The position numbers were made by a program, and so were the translations under genes. From positions 16,554,001-16,618,000 of the forward strand of contig OX597821.1 of the NCBI GenBank assembly GCA_951406725.2: 64,000 nt of DNA. The letters run 5' to 3'. Under the pieces are notes generated by a model that worked only from the letters and a program-made list of their open reading frames with translations, did no database searches and was not told where the DNA came from. The DNA is from Octopus vulgaris. Taxonomy: Eukaryota. Positions 1 through 14,962 of the stretch are shown here, one piece after another. Positions within the stretch are counted from its first letter, which is position 1; every line of letters starts with the position of its first letter.

Positions 1-2518
1 TCGTTAAGTTATGGAGATACAGGTATGGTTGCGTAGTTACAAATTTTCTTTTCCAGCTGACTGATTCTGTCTTCCTTCCCAATCGATTGCATATCAGTCG
101 TTCGATAATAACCTCGGGTTTACCACGGAATTCAAAGTGAAAGTTAGTAAATGGCGATTGCATAATAGAGATACCTGAGCGATGATACCTTACATCTCCA
201 GAAACTCGATGTTCATTAATATAATGCCTAAGTATCAAACGACCTTAATGCTCCTATGTATAAAATGTGTTCGTTGAACGTGTATGAATAATTCAGTCCT
301 AGCCGCGGGCAATAACAATCCAACTGTAAATAAACCACACATATATAACATACGTATGCACACATAACTGATACTATGAGGTTATATGTGTATATGGATG
401 TATATGCAGAGAGAGAGAGGCTGAGAAAAAATAGTGAGAAATGGAGACAAAAAGACAAGGGAGTACCCTTACATTTCTTTACATATGATTCGATGCAAAA
501 GATTTTGTTTTCACGTCGTTATATGTGTGTGCTTTGCCACGTGTGTGTGTGCGTCAGCATAAATGTGTGTGCGAGATTTTAAACAAAAAGTAAACTCACA
601 CACACACACACTTCCACAGGTGTATATGCATGGGCCATTTATATGACATAATTGTACGTGATTTTAATGTTAAGCTGCTGTCTTACCTATTTGACACCTG
701 CTAATATATCATTATTTAGCCGCCAGTTTTGTTCGGGTGTTTAAGTACGAGCACCTATTATTTCTCAATCTTGCCAATTTTCTTTTCTTTCATTTTTTTC
801 GTTTTTTTTCTTTTCTTTTCTTTTTTTTTTGTTTTGCCTGGGGCAATCGATAACTGAAACTGTGTTGCACGGAATTGCTAGAACAGTAAATAAAACTACA
901 TCTAAACAGGATATACATCTATGATATGTATATATATATATATATACACAAATATATGTGTGTCTGTGTATGCATACTTGAGTATTTGTGTGTGTACATA
1001 CATATATTCATGTATTGTTTTATACATATATGTGCGTATGTCTGTGCGTCTGTGTGTGTGTGCGTGTGTGTTTGTGTGCGCGCGGTTATACATTGATGAT
1101 TTTTGCATATAAATAAATCATATGTTATCGATTTATAAGAACCTCGCGTGTTAAACACGGTAAGTAATAATAGTTTCATATTTCATACAATCAAAACATG
1201 CTCAAGTCGTACGAACATATTCGATGATTGAATATAGAAGGTTGAATCCTAATTATACAACCATATAGACTTTTGTTTCCTAAATTTGCTTTATAGTTGT
1301 TTCAGGGGATTCTGTGCATGCCTGAGGTCGTTTTGACGAACTAAGGAAGTGTTTGGAGGAAGGAAAGGTATATTTTTCTGAACAGAGACTTCTATAATTT
1401 ATACGAAAGAGTGGACTCGGCTAAAATCTTTAAATGTTATTACAATACATTAAATTTGTAAATTTTTGTTAGATTAAATATTGAGCCATTTCAATTTATA
1501 TTAGGTAATAAGCATTAAGCCAGCTTCAATCAGTTTAACTTCAAATCGAAACTTCATTATACTCTAGTCGTATGTGTAAAAATCGAAGCAAATTGATATC
1601 GTCTTTGTAGTATAATCCAAGTCTTATAATTGTCTCTAATATATGCACAATGTGAGGGTTGCCTGCCCAAAGTGTTTACATAATGTTGTCTTAACTCTCA
1701 TGCAAGTTTTTATATATCTTGCTATAACTGACTCCATACGTTTTGAGTAATATAAATTACTCTAGTAATTGGAGAACATTGGGAATGTGTATCATATAAA
1801 ATGCACCATCACACGGGAAATATGTCCAGTTTATCACTTCTGATTCAGAGATTTGTACTAGTATTTGACTGCTGCTCTACTTCATGGATCCCATTTGGAA
1901 GAAAGGCAAAGTCGGCCTTAAGGTGGGATTTCAAAATGACGCGTAAAGAACTAGAAAGAATACCACCAGTTATTTTATCTGATGTGCTAATGCTTTTGCT
2001 ACATTTGCTACCTACGTCCACACATATATTAGGTGTTTCATTCAGTACAAAAATCTATAATTTTTCATCGTCCTGCAAAGCTGCAGTCCGAAACGCTGTG
2101 GAACATCAAAGTGGCTACTCGACCGTCTACAGACAGAAGCCAGACATTCATCAACCTCTATAGCTTAGGTAACAATTGGATAATGTAACCTAGATATGCA
2201 AATTACAAGTGAAAGCCGGAATTTTATGAAGGAAATCTGTTTGATCGTTGATCTGTGGTTAAACAATAACAACAATACACTCACTGGGGTGACAACAATA
2301 CGTCTCTCTAAATTTTTCCTTTACAACAATCAATGTCAGCTGCAATTCAAAGGTTACAATTATGTCACCCTCAGTTGTTGTATGCAACTGCATCATGCCG
2401 CATCAACGCTTGTATTCCTAGTATCCACCTCCGTACGAAAACATTGTACAGGAATATTCGGTCACAGAAATACACACACACACACACACACACACATACA
2501 CATACACTCGCACACAAT

Positions 2519-2679
2519 AGACGCAAACGTGGCTGTATGGTAAAAAGCTTGCTTCCCAAGCACTTGTTTCCCAAGCACTTGTTTCCGGGCAACTTGGGCA
2601 AGTGCCTTCCACTATAGCCCCGGGCCGACCAAACCTTTTTGAGTGGATTTGGTAGACGGAATCCGAAAGAAGCCCATCG

Positions 2680-2682
<3 letters not shown>
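2519..2682 (+). mobile_element. SINE family A, 5' half only (tRNA-like head plus CORE-like segment), ending in (TA)n
   Basis: Matches the 5' part of the copies at 13981 and 43504 (cttgggcaagtg..ctatagccccgggccgacc..gagtggatttggtagacggaa..gaaagaagccc); diverged, with a short internal duplication. Confidence 0.75.
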
Positions 2683-2726
<44 letters not shown>

Positions 2727-2728
<2 letters not shown>

Positions 2729-3025
2729 GTGACCGACCAGACTAATAGATATTGTTACATATCGCTGGTCACAATGCGCTTCGCATTGTTTTAGCCTTCA
2801 AGTGATGCCACCCCGCTGGCTAAGCGAGCAGGCCAACAGAAGAAAGAGTGGGAGAAAGTTGTGACGAAAGAGTACAGCAGGGATCGCCACCACCCACTGC
2901 TGGAGCCTCGTGGAGCTTTAGGTGTTTTCGCTCAATAAACACTCACAACGCCCGGTCTGGGAATCGAAACCGCAATCCTACGACCGCGAGTCCGCTGCCC
3001 TAACCACTGGGCCATTGCGCCTCCA
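2727..3025 (-). mobile_element. SINE family B (tRNA-derived head), full-length-like
   Basis: Minus strand starts ggaggcgcaatggcccagtggttagggcagcggactcgcggtcgtagg..ggtttcgattccc (Pol III A/B-box-like); same head at 17700-17861 and 26940-27096. Confidence 0.85.
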
Positions 3026-3454
3026 CATATGTATATACATACATACATACATACATACATACATACATACATACATACATACATACACGTATGTGTGCGT
3101 GTGTATGCGTATATATCTATGTATTTAGCTTTCAAAATATGTTTCGCTTTCGTTACAATTTCGTTGGGTTTTTTGTTTAATGTATGGTATGGATATATAT
3201 AAATTAAACTATTAGTTTATATTGGATAGATCGGGATTTGAACTATTATGTAAGAGTTCGATTGTTCGCATAAGAACAAATTTTCACAATTTTATATCTA
3301 TGAATTTTAAGACTTCTATGTCTTTCATGTGTTATTGTAACAAATAAATTACAATTGATACGAATTTTTATGAAGTGACAGTATCTTGCGACAAGTTAGC
3401 AGTGGTGATAAAGCGGTGGTTAGAATGCTTAGCGTTTCTTGTCCCTCTAATCTG

Positions 3455-3770
3455 AATATTACATGTACACTGCAACATAATTTCTTTTCCTCAACAGGCC
3501 CTGCCCTATTTAACATTGTCCCGAAAGAGATCAAAGAGGAAAAGGATCCCATCAACTTTAAACGGAGTCTGGATAGATTCCATCAAAGAATACCAGATAA
3601 GCCACGCATAATTGGATACAACTCACCCAACAAGAACTCACTACTTGAATGGACCATAAACAAAACTTGACTTAAACAGGATTCGAATAATCCTATCAGG
3701 TGGTGCTATTAAGTTAGACATGGCCTGGACCAATCTTTGGTCGAAACATATCTAAGTTTATCTAAGTTTA
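3455..3770 (+). mobile_element. 3'-terminal fragment of a CR1/L2-group LINE related to the 29.5-31.5 kb element
   Basis: Peptide HNFFSSTGPALFN..FKRSLDRF..IPDKP..GY..NSLLEW parallels the C-terminus of ORF 30017-31462; same 3' UTR (ggtggtgctattaagttagacatggcctgg) and tctaagttta tandem tail. Confidence 0.9.
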
Positions 3771-4684
3771 TGTGCCGCTGAGGAGAGCTTTATTTCTTAT
3801 GTTTTAAAGATCGATTATCACACCACCACTGCAGAGCAGAGGACTGACGCATATGTAAATTTGTCGCATGTAATAACGTGTCTTATGTGTTCCAGATATT
3901 TGCGTTTCTGAGTTCAAATCCTAACAACAACCTCCGCTGTCCACGTAGCAGAAAATATATATTCCGATTACCTGCCAACTGTATGTAACAAAGTCGTAAT
4001 ATTAAGCGGAGTGACGAATAGAATTGTGGAGATATGATTGACAATAGATAACCGTATATGAAGCAGGACATTCGCTACGACATAAAACATTAATCAAGGT
4101 TACGGACATTGTGGCGAATTCCTAAGCAGCACCGTATATCTGTGATTAATATGATAGAATATTGTATAATTTCATTGAGAGCAAAAATTTTAAAAATGGT
4201 TTATTTGATTCTATGTAACTCTTAATGATATTCTTGGCTTTTAGTCTTTCTGTTGTTATAGCAAAATATGATGGAGTTGTTTGTTGCAATTCTGTTTTTT
4301 TTTTCCTCCTTATTGTATTAGAATCTGCGTATTTTACTGCAGTATTTCAAACTATTTCATGTCGGTAATTAAAGGCCCGTAGACAGTTTCTTGACTGAAA
4401 GCCATATTTGTAAGAAAACAAAAATAAAAACATGTCCGGAGAAAAAAGGTGTAATTTATTAAAGAGTTGTTTTCTTAAATAATACAAAATTACAGAAAAT
4501 TCAATAACGCAGCAAATACTCGCTTAACAACAGATTCATATTTGTAGTACACACATATACACAGGCATATTCGGGTATATACATACCGGTGTATTTGAAT
4601 GTATGTATGTGCCTCCAAGTGTGCCCGTGCAGGTATGTATGTATATGTACACATACACGTACACCGCACACACACATACAAATA

Positions 4685-4849
4685 TTACATATATATATAT
4701 ATATATATATATATGCATGTATATCATATATACATATATATCGTGTATATATATAACGCATATATATATTATATATATATATATATAAATATGATATATA
4801 TATATATATGCATAAATATATATATATATGTATATATATACACAATAAC

Positions 4850-4884
<35 letters not shown>

Positions 4885-4908
4885 ACATATATATATATAT
4901 ATATAATA

Positions 4909-4975
<67 letters not shown>
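4685..4975. repeat. Interrupted (TA)n microsatellite
   Basis: Direct inspection. Confidence 0.95.
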
Positions 4976-4976
<1 letters not shown>

Positions 4977-5505
4977 AAAGCAGTCTGTCGCCGAGTTTGT
5001 ATGCATCTACTTGAGCATGTCTGTAAGTGACGGGTGTAGAGGGGTAGGAAAGCTCCTGACAACGCGAGTCACAGGACTGGCTTTAGTGAAAGTCTCAGAT
5101 ACTTATAGAATTCAAGTGACTATAAATAAAATTCTACTGACAGGTTAGAAATACAGAAATGACGGTATGGCTGCTAGATCATATAAGATCACACAGAACA
5201 CGAAATGATTAGACATTTCGAGTTGACTACATCCTACTGAAATATTTAGAAATATATTGGGCTTGTCTGTACCTTGTGCGAGATTATGTATATTCAATGT
5301 TCATTTTACCGATGAGAGGTCTGAGGAATTTTATGCATTTTTTTATTCTTTATTGCTGATTGTGACTAAAAGCGTCGTTTGTTGTAATTATCCTTCGAGA
5401 TGGTCACTAGTTTACTGTAACAATAACGAATGATCGCAAAACAGGATATTTGTCATTCGATAAATCTCGCTCGATGTTCGGCGAAAGATATAAATATCAT
5501 GTTTG

Positions 5506-5582
<77 letters not shown>

Positions 5583-5801
5583 CTCTCTCTCTCTCTCTCT
5601 CTCACAATGTAAATATAATATATATATATATATATATATATACATACATACGTACATATATATACATACATACATATATACTTCTATATATATGTCTGTG
5701 TGAGTGTATATATATATGTATGTACGTATGTATGTACTTGGCATGTCTGTACCTTGTGCAAGATTATATATATTCAATGTTTGTTTTAGAGAGGAGAGGC
5801 T

Positions 5802-6476
5802 TGCTTAAGTTGGTGGATGCTGCTATAAGCCTTGCTTTTAGCTCATCTTTGATTCTACAAGGGGTTTTGTTTGTCTCACGCTCTACTGCACACCGCACAT
5901 AATAATAAAGATGGTTGCGGTTTCGGGAGTTAGGTGGCCAGATGTTTTGGGTGATGTGGCTGCAGAAGTTATTTGACAGCCATGACTATGTTCTCCTGAC
6001 TGTGTGGCAAGGTACAGAGTCCTGTTGCCAGACACAGTTTTCCGTTAGCCACCCTCTTGCCCCAGGGCAGCACTACCTCTTCTAGGCATTTGATATGGGC
6101 CTCCGTATTGAGTCTGAATCCATGTTGACTCTGACATGAATGGAGGCATAACATTACCATCACAAGTGACCACTCCAAACACCATGATGTTGACTGGATA
6201 TTTGACTTTTACCACTTTCGGTACATGCCTCGGATTGCATTGTCCTTAGGTTCACACTTAAAAACTCTGAAACGTTCGTATTGATGCTCCCGGCGCGAAT
6301 GCCAACCAGTACAGCATATCGTTTCCAAATTTCTGGCAGAGTAACTCGCGTTATTATGCTGTTTTTCTCACAGACAGTGCCCAGCTGACCCTACTATACT
6401 GTGTAGTCGACAAACTCAAAAATAAACAATTCGCATGCGAGAAATAAAAAAAATATAAAATAGCGACAATTTACCC
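5802..6476 (-). mobile_element. Degenerate Tc1/mariner (IS630-Tc1-mariner, maT/DD37D-like) transposon remnant
   Basis: Minus strand encodes HGFRLNTEAHIKCLEEVVLPW and a WPPNS..CN..Y-like motif; the terminal gcgacaatttacc matches the TIR end of the copy at 59942-60895. Confidence 0.8.
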
Positions 6477-7254
6477 ATATATGTATTCATGTATGCATTT
6501 ATGTATGCATGTATGCATGTATGTATGTATCTATAGCTTTATACTTATAGCTATATACTCGGAAACAATGGGTTTTATTCCGGTTTCTGGAATCTCATTG
6601 ATATTTGTTAACACGTCAATCTGCTTGCAGAAATTCACGCAAGCTGAAGTGCACGAAGTGACATCGAAACCTATACCCTATGGTTGCAAAGATGAGAACA
6701 ACTGGAGTCATGTAAACTGCTAGACTAGTAACATATCCTGCTGATTACAATAACCTTTCATCGCGTGGTTGCAAATATGGGCATGTCACAGTTAATTAAA
6801 AATGGTGAAACTCTTCCTCCGTACATATTCTAATTAACCGTTACCAACGAAAAGTAAAAGAAGTCCACATACGAATTACAACTTTTAACGTAAAGGAACC
6901 CAACCAAAAAATATTTCGTTCGACACCTGTCGTTTCTGTCACAGTTTCACCAAGAATAATAAATGTTTCAATTTATATTTCAGCGCTTTTTTGCTGTTAG
7001 CGTCAAATTTCAATCGCGTAAATATCAGTAGAATACATAAACTGACAATTCTTAAAAAAGAAAATTTCACTTTTATAAAACCATGGAATGTGCCGAAAGT
7101 AATTAGCATCAGCTTAAGTAATTAAGGCATAATTAGTATTAAACAAGGCTTGTCAATTTTAGAATTTATTTTGAACGTCTTTAAAATGGCCAAGGAATGA
7201 CTATCAAGCTAATTAAATGGAAGGTGGATGTATTGATATATATATTAGTGTGTG

Positions 7255-7978
<724 letters not shown>

Positions 7979-8211
7979 TCTCTTTGGGTAGCTGACTTGT
8001 TAGTAACTGAAACCTGTAGCCGTATCAATGGAAGAACATATACAATGTAGTTTTAATATAATATGGTGCCTAGACAAACAGATGTAATGCGTTCAACAGC
8101 CCTTTTGTTTCTAGGTGCCAATTTTCACAATAGACCTAAGAGTTTGCTTAATTTTATTTAGTATATGTTGTGCTTCCGTTCCAATTACACAAATGCAAGT
8201 TAGCGCGAATA

Positions 8212-8499
<288 letters not shown>

Positions 8500-8940
8500 A
8501 TGAGAGTGGGAGAAACTACACGAATAAAACGCGTAAAGTATTAAGTGGAGAGAGCGATAAAGAAATTAAAAAATGTATGGTGTTAGGCAGGCAGAGTGAA
8601 CAGGTGTAAAAATATAGAGGAATCAACAAGAAAAGAAGAAAACAATGACAAGGGTAAGTAACTGAATAGATTCTATGGTTTCGGTTTATATATTTCACCA
8701 TTCAGATGAAAATGAAACTAGAGGCTAAAGCAAAAACAAAAAAAAAACAGATTTATGGTTTCTGTTTACATCACATAAAAATCTAAGACTGAAGTTGAAC
8801 GTGGAATAGAAGGGTCGTAAGTGCAGATATAATCTGGGTCAGGGTACGTTGTTTGCTTATTTGTTTCTTTCATTAAGGCTGAAACCGACGACCACTTCAC
8901 TGAAATAAATGGTAGGTAGGACGATGTTTACAACAGTGTC

Positions 8941-9032
<92 letters not shown>

Positions 9033-9495
9033 TACACACACACACATTTAACTTAACTCCTTCGTCAATTTCAACCTCTTCTACCATCGAAACGTAAAAT
9101 AATTCTCGGTCTTATTTTTCATAAGTCGAAAAGTAAAATAAGTAAAATAACGGTTGGTTACTGCGAAACACTTATTCCTTACTTCTGAACAGATCGACTC
9201 AAGCTGTACCTCTTTTGATCCCAACCTTTCCAACACTTCCATTCTATATACATAATACTGCATCAATAAATACAATTTTGAAACGTGCGTCGGTTTTGCC
9301 CTAGACAACATCAGAACCTTAATGTTGTGTGAATATTTGCATCCACCCTAACGCTCTCCTTGACCCTTCACTCTACAATTTCAAACTAAGAATACCTAAT
9401 CTCTTCAAAGGTCCATCAAGCACACTTGACAGCACCCTCGCTTAAACTCTGCCGTCTCCACGATATTCCATGAATATTCTTTCCATTTATTCAAA

Positions 9496-9887
9496 CGCAG
9501 GAGTGGCTGTGTGGTAAGTAGCTTGCTAACCAACCACATAGTTCCGGGTTCAGTCCCACTGCGTGACATCTTGGGCGAGTGTCTTCTGCTATAGCCCCAG
9601 GAAACTGAAAAGAAGCCTGTCGTATATATGTATATATATATATTATATATATATATATATGTGTATGTATGTGTGTGTTTGTGTGTCTGTGTTTGTCCCC
9701 CTAGCATTGCTTGACAACCGATGCTGGTGTGTTTACGTCCCCGTCACTTAGCGGTTAGGCAAAAGAGACCGATAGAATAAGTACTGGGCTTACAAAGAAT
9801 AAGTCCTGGGGTCTATTTGCTCGACTAAAGGCGGTGCTCCGCATGGCCGCAGTCAAATGACAGAAACAAGTGTAAGAGTAAGAGTAA
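9496..9887 (+). mobile_element. SINE family A with internal deletion, internal (TA)n(TG)n and LINE-type 3' tail
   Basis: Head gcaggagtggctgtgtggtaagtagcttgct..ggttcagtccc; tail ggcggtgctcc-gcatggccgcagtcaaatgac-gaaacaag+(gtaaga) repeats. Confidence 0.9.
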
Positions 9888-10219
9888 ACTAATTGCATCT
9901 TACTCCGAATCCCCTAAGACCCAAGCCAGATAGTTTCACTATTCGTAAGCCTTGTATACCACAACCTTATGTTTACAACATCTTTGGACGAAACCTTCTT
10001 TACTTCCCTAACATTGATAATTTCATATACAGCACAAGAAATGGTAAAGCTATCTTAAACCTTATTGCATCCATATTGGAAAAAAATGTAGTGAACCATA
10101 TGTCATTGATTATGCACGTGACATCTACATATACCTCAACTCATCATATGTTGGGCACCACTGCAACTCACCAGGGGAGGATATTTCCATCTCACTGTCT
10201 GATGTAATATTTCACACAC

Positions 10220-10436
10220 CCGGCGAGATAGCAGAGCCGTTAGCACACCGGGCGAAATACTTAGCAGTATTTCGTCTGTTGCTACATTCTGAGTTCAAAT
10301 TCCGCCGAGGACGACTTTGCCTTTCATCCTTTCGGGGTCGATGAATTAAATACCAGTTGTGTACTGGGTCGATCTAATCGGCTGGTCCCCTCTCTAAAAA
10401 TTTCGGGTCTCGTGCCTAGAGTTGAACAAAAAAGAA
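10220..10436 (+). mobile_element. SINE family C
   Basis: ggcgag..gcaga..gttagcac.ccgggcgaaat.cttagc..gagttcaaattccgccgagg.cgactttgcctttcatcctttcggggtcgat; repeated many times in the window. Confidence 0.85.
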
Positions 10437-10897
10437 TATTTCACACATTCGTTCTCGCTAAACAATGAACAGTCTTATATTCCACCTCTAAAGATTCTCC
10501 ATGTTTTCTCCCCGTCGGTAATTAATAGCTTGGCTACCTTCCGTTACTGCACTCTTCCACACTTATTCTAACCGCACCTACGTTGCCCCTACTATAATAC
10601 ACCACACACACATATCTCACATACTGTATCTGTGCTGCTATACATCTATATATGCATATAAACTAAATATACTACACAAACACATGCATTGGATTTTCAC
10701 TTGCGCATGTACTCCTCTTACATCTCCACACAATAATACGCCCATTTATCCTTCGGTTCTCACACATTGATCTTAAACAATCATCCCACCGTATAACTAA
10801 TTTTACAATGAATATGAACATGCATGAGCACTATTGAGCACGCTTAAGTATGAACAAATATATGTGCGCGTGAGTATGTATTAGCGTAAATGTATAT

Positions 10898-11125
10898 ATT
10901 TCTTTACTACCCACAAGGGGCTAAACATAGAGGGGACAAATAAAGACAGACAAAAGGATTAAGTCGATTACATCGACCCTAGTGCGACACTGGTACTTAA
11001 TTTATCTACCCCGAAAGGATGAAAGGCAAAGTCGACCTCGGCGGAATTTGAACTCAGAACGTAACGGCGGACGAAATACGACTACGCATTTCGCCCGCCG
11101 TGCTAACGTTTCTGTCAGCTCGCCT
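10898..11125 (-). mobile_element. SINE family C, with long 3' end
   Basis: Reverse complement of the copy at 26427-26653. Confidence 0.88.
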
Positions 11126-11885
11126 AGCGTAAATGTATATGCATGTGCATTCTTCCGTGGACATATAATATAGATAATTGATTGTTACACACCTAGATAC
11201 ACAAATACTTATTTTTGACCTTCATCACCAACTATTTAACACCTTCTATTTAACATCTGCGCAAATAAATAAAAAAAACATTACACCTTACCTACGCCTC
11301 TCTACTCTCTATATTCGCACCGACGCGCTGTCAGACGCGAAAAACAGACGTATCGATACCGTGGGCACATTTAACTTTCCCTCCCCCGATAGTTCTCTAC
11401 CACATAGGAATCGCCATCTTTCTAATAGTATGACCTACCTAATCATTTTCTCACCTTCCCAATGCACATCTGTTCTCTTTTTTAAGCAGTTTCTGCTTTC
11501 TATTTTCTATTTAACTAGACTGTAACCTAGAGAGTGTCTCTTCTTCCGGTACTATCATCCCGCTCACCTAATTTCACTTTACACTTGACGTGCCATATAA
11601 GCAGCCAATGTTTCCTTTGGGTTTCCGTTCTCTTTTCTTGTCGTTGATAAACAGCTATATTTGAAATATCATATATTTCTATTCTCTTCCTTGACTGGGA
11701 TTATTCAGTTTCAAATTTACACTTCTTTCACTTTTGTTATTTGACTTTACTTTTCTACACTTTTCTACAATTCGCCAAGTACTTCACTTGCCAAATCTTG
11801 TGTGTGTGTGTGTGTGTTTACATGCATCAAACCTTACAATAGAGTGGAACAAATCAATGCTACTTCGGGAAAGGATCATAACAAT

Positions 11886-11970
<85 letters not shown>

Positions 11971-12068
11971 ATTTAAAGGCTAAAATTATAAAGGTATTTT
12001 AATATGCTGTCACTTTTGATAAAATTACACCTTTTTATAAAATTACAAAATTTTATCCTATATTAGTA

Positions 12069-12103
<35 letters not shown>

Positions 12104-12221
12104 TATATGCATACATACATGCATACATATATATACATATATACATACATAAACAAATGGAGACGTCGATGACGACAAAAGTGTAGACATGTAAAACTAA
12201 CTGAACAAAATAGTGATTTCT

Positions 12222-12700
12222 TTTGGGTACACCTTCGCAAATACATATATGGCAGGCAGGTGTCGATGAATTGTTGAATGACCACATTCAAGCTTCTCTG
12301 GTAGTTCCTCAGCATTTACGATGTGTTTTTATCCTTCCAGGTTTTGCAGGACGTCCTCGTCGCGCTCTACAGCTCTTCCAGGACGTCTTCTAGGCTGTAG
12401 TTTCCAGCTCGGAATTTCTGAAACCTCCGTTGAGTCTGGCTTATGCTTATTGTCCGATCCTCATATACTGCATTCCTCTCACTTTCCGTTGCGTTGTTGC
12501 TTTTATTGAACTCATAGAGCAAAATCCGCGGAATACGCTACTTTGTCACTTCCAATATAGCTTTGAAAAAATAACTGTTAAAATCGAAATGCACTCTTCA
12601 AAACTTTCACTCAGAATGAGAACAAGGAAAAGTTACTACCTGCTTTTATAGTAAGTCGATGCAGATAGTTTATCCCGTATCTCCTCAAATTATGGTTCAT
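12222..12700 (-). pseudogene. Mariner (Mos1/Hsmar1-type) transposase N-terminal HTH fragment, degenerate
   Basis: Minus strand from 12555 reads EVTK..ILLYEFNKSNNATES..AVYEDRTIS..QRRFQKFRAGNYSLED..EELPEKL..GHSTIHRHL, with stops and frameshifts. Confidence 0.85.
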
Positions 12701-13204
12701 GCATTTGAAGAAAATGCTTTTGATCGCTAGCTCCAAAAGTTTTCCTTTCTTTCCTCGTGTTCCTTTCTGTTGAAAAGCGTTACACTTATACACCTATTTG
12801 TTGTTTATACACCTGTCTTCTTGTTCTGTTTTTTTCTGTAAATTTCAACTATATATGTATATATATAAATATAGTATATAATATATATATCTACCCTCTT
12901 TGTAATGTTGACAAATGGAATAAGAATAAGAATGAACATTGTCTATTTAATAAAAATATTCTATATGTGACTGAAGAGTGTTCTACATTTTAAAACTGAT
13001 GTAATACTTACATTGTTGAATAAAATGTCGTAGCATGGAACCATTGTACTACACTACCTTGGATATCCTTGCTGCTTATTTTCATTATAATCACCCCATT
13101 TGATTTATATGGATAATACCATACCAAATTCTGGTGCCTTTAACTTTAACTTTAACCATATTCCTCTGAATGTAAATCTTGGTGAACTTATATATATGTA
13201 GTAA

Positions 13205-13279
<75 letters not shown>

Positions 13280-13289
13280 GTAAATCCCT

Positions 13290-13475
13290 CAAAAGAAGAA
13301 GAAAAAAGACAAAAACGTGAGGACGTGGTACTTGTAAAGTATTAACAGACTCTCAGGGAAGGAAAGAAAGATGGTTTAACGTTTCGAGCAACGCTCTTCT
13401 TCCGAAACAGAGAAAAGTCCAATAGAAATGAACACGGAGGAAGAAAATCGCCAACGGTTCACTTAAGGTTACGTA
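13290..13475 (-). mobile_element. Short non-coding PLE-type terminal element with degenerate hammerhead-like motif (13374-13408)
   Basis: Minus strand gttt CGGAAGA a gagc gtt gctc GAA acgt t aaac; related to the elements at 19495, 23768 and 46365; next to (TA)n. Confidence 0.55.
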
Positions 13476-13589
13476 TATAAAACATAACAAGAGTGTACCA
13501 TTCTCTTCGACAATAGTTGTAATTATGTGTTCCACCTAAGGAAACAGACTCACGCTTAGCTTCTCTCCGTTTCACAGAAGGAGACACAA

Positions 13590-13805
13590 AGCGGTGAGCT
13601 GGCATAAACTTTAGCACGCCGGGCAAAATGCTTAGCAGTATTTCGTCTGTTTTTACGTTCTGAGTTCAAATTGCGCCGAGGTCAGCTTTACCTTTTATCC
13701 TTTCGTGGTCGACAAATTAAGTATCAGTTGCATACTGGGGTCGATCTAATCGCCTGGTGCCCTCCCCAAAAATTTCGTGCCTTGTGCCTAGATTAGAAAA
13801 GAAAT
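13590..13805 (+). mobile_element. SINE family C
   Basis: Same head and core as 10220 and 26427. Confidence 0.85.
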
Positions 13806-13945
13806 ATATACGTTCGTGTCAATATGCACATTTATGTATGTCATATATGAATATATACCTTTAAATCTGTACATGCTGATACCTTAATTTTACATATAAG
13901 TGCACATTATCTGTATTTATACGTAAGTGTATGTGTTTGTGTCTA

Positions 13946-13980
<35 letters not shown>

Positions 13981-13984
<4 letters not shown>

Positions 13985-14390
13985 GAGTGGCTGTGTGGTA
14001 AGTAGCGTGTTTACCAACCACATGGTTCCGGGTTCAGTCCCACTGCGTGGCACCTTGGGCAAGTGTCTTCTACTATAGCCTCGGGCTGACCAAAGCCTTG
14101 TGAGTGGATTTGGTAGACGGAAACTGAAAGAAGCCTGTCGTATATATGTATATATATATATGCGTGTCTATGTTTGTGTGTCTGTGTTTGTCCCCCTAGC
14201 ATTGATTGACAACCGATGCTGGTGTGTTTACGTCCCCGTCACTTAGCGGTTCGGCAAAAGAGACCGATAGCATAAGTACTGGGCTTACAAAAGAATAAGT
14301 CCCGGGGTCGAGTTGCTCGATTAAAGGCGGTGCTCCAGCATGGCCGCAGTCAAATGACTGAAACAAGTAAAAGAGTAAAAGAGTAAAGAG
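13981..14390 (+). mobile_element. SINE family A, near full length
   Basis: Head, CORE-like ccttgggcaagtg, internal (TA)n, tail ggcggtgctccagcatggccgcagtcaaatgactgaaacaagtaaaagagtaaaagag; flanked by (TA)n. Confidence 0.93.
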
Positions 14391-14709
14391 TATATATATA
14401 TATGTTTTATTTGTCAATTTCTCAGCCACCCTAAAGAAAAAGCTCTGCTAGTAGAATGGCAATAACTGTAATAATAAAAGATTGTTAGATGATTGATTGT
14501 GTAGTGTAACGTCTGTTGGGTAGGTTGACGCAGACATTTGTTGTTGTTGTGATTGTATTTTAGTCTTTTGTTTTCTTCTTACGTTCAAAGATTCTAATCA
14601 CGTAAACACCTGTATGATATAATGAGCTTAAGGGTTTCAACGTAGAAATGCCAGTATTATAAAACCGGAGCAAATTGTCAAACCTGATTAGCTTTTGTAG
14701 TGACATTAA

Positions 14710-14715
14710 TTTTAC

Positions 14716-14773
<58 letters not shown>

Positions 14774-14907
14774 TCATTTTTATTATCATTATTGTTCTTG
14801 TTATCGTTGTTGCCGCTGCTGTTGCTTGTTGTTGCTGCCTGGTAATGTTTTTGTTGTAATAATCTATCGTTGTAATCAACATCACCATCGTCAGCATCAT
14901 CATCATC

Positions 14908-14962
<55 letters not shown>
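14710..14962. repeat. Compound trinucleotide repeats (TTA)n..(CAT)n(TAG)n
   Basis: Direct inspection. Confidence 0.9.

Noticed and set aside
1321-1346. cctgag gtc gtttt gac gaa c ta agg, superficially hammerhead-like
   Set aside because: Incomplete CUGANGA box and no stem III; likely chance
2950-3025. tRNA-like sequence (also near 17790-17861, 27030-27096 and 20430-20489)
   Set aside because: These are SINE heads that continue into SINE bodies; no clean cloverleaf
5257-5800. Diverged direct repeat of about 60 bp (5257-5322 and 5738-5800)
   Set aside because: Short old local duplication; no terminal motifs to call LTRs
9890-11720. Possible very old PLE remnant interrupted by SINEs
   Set aside because: Only compositional hints (C/A-rich strand, a decayed terminal motif near 11640); no protein motif I can defend
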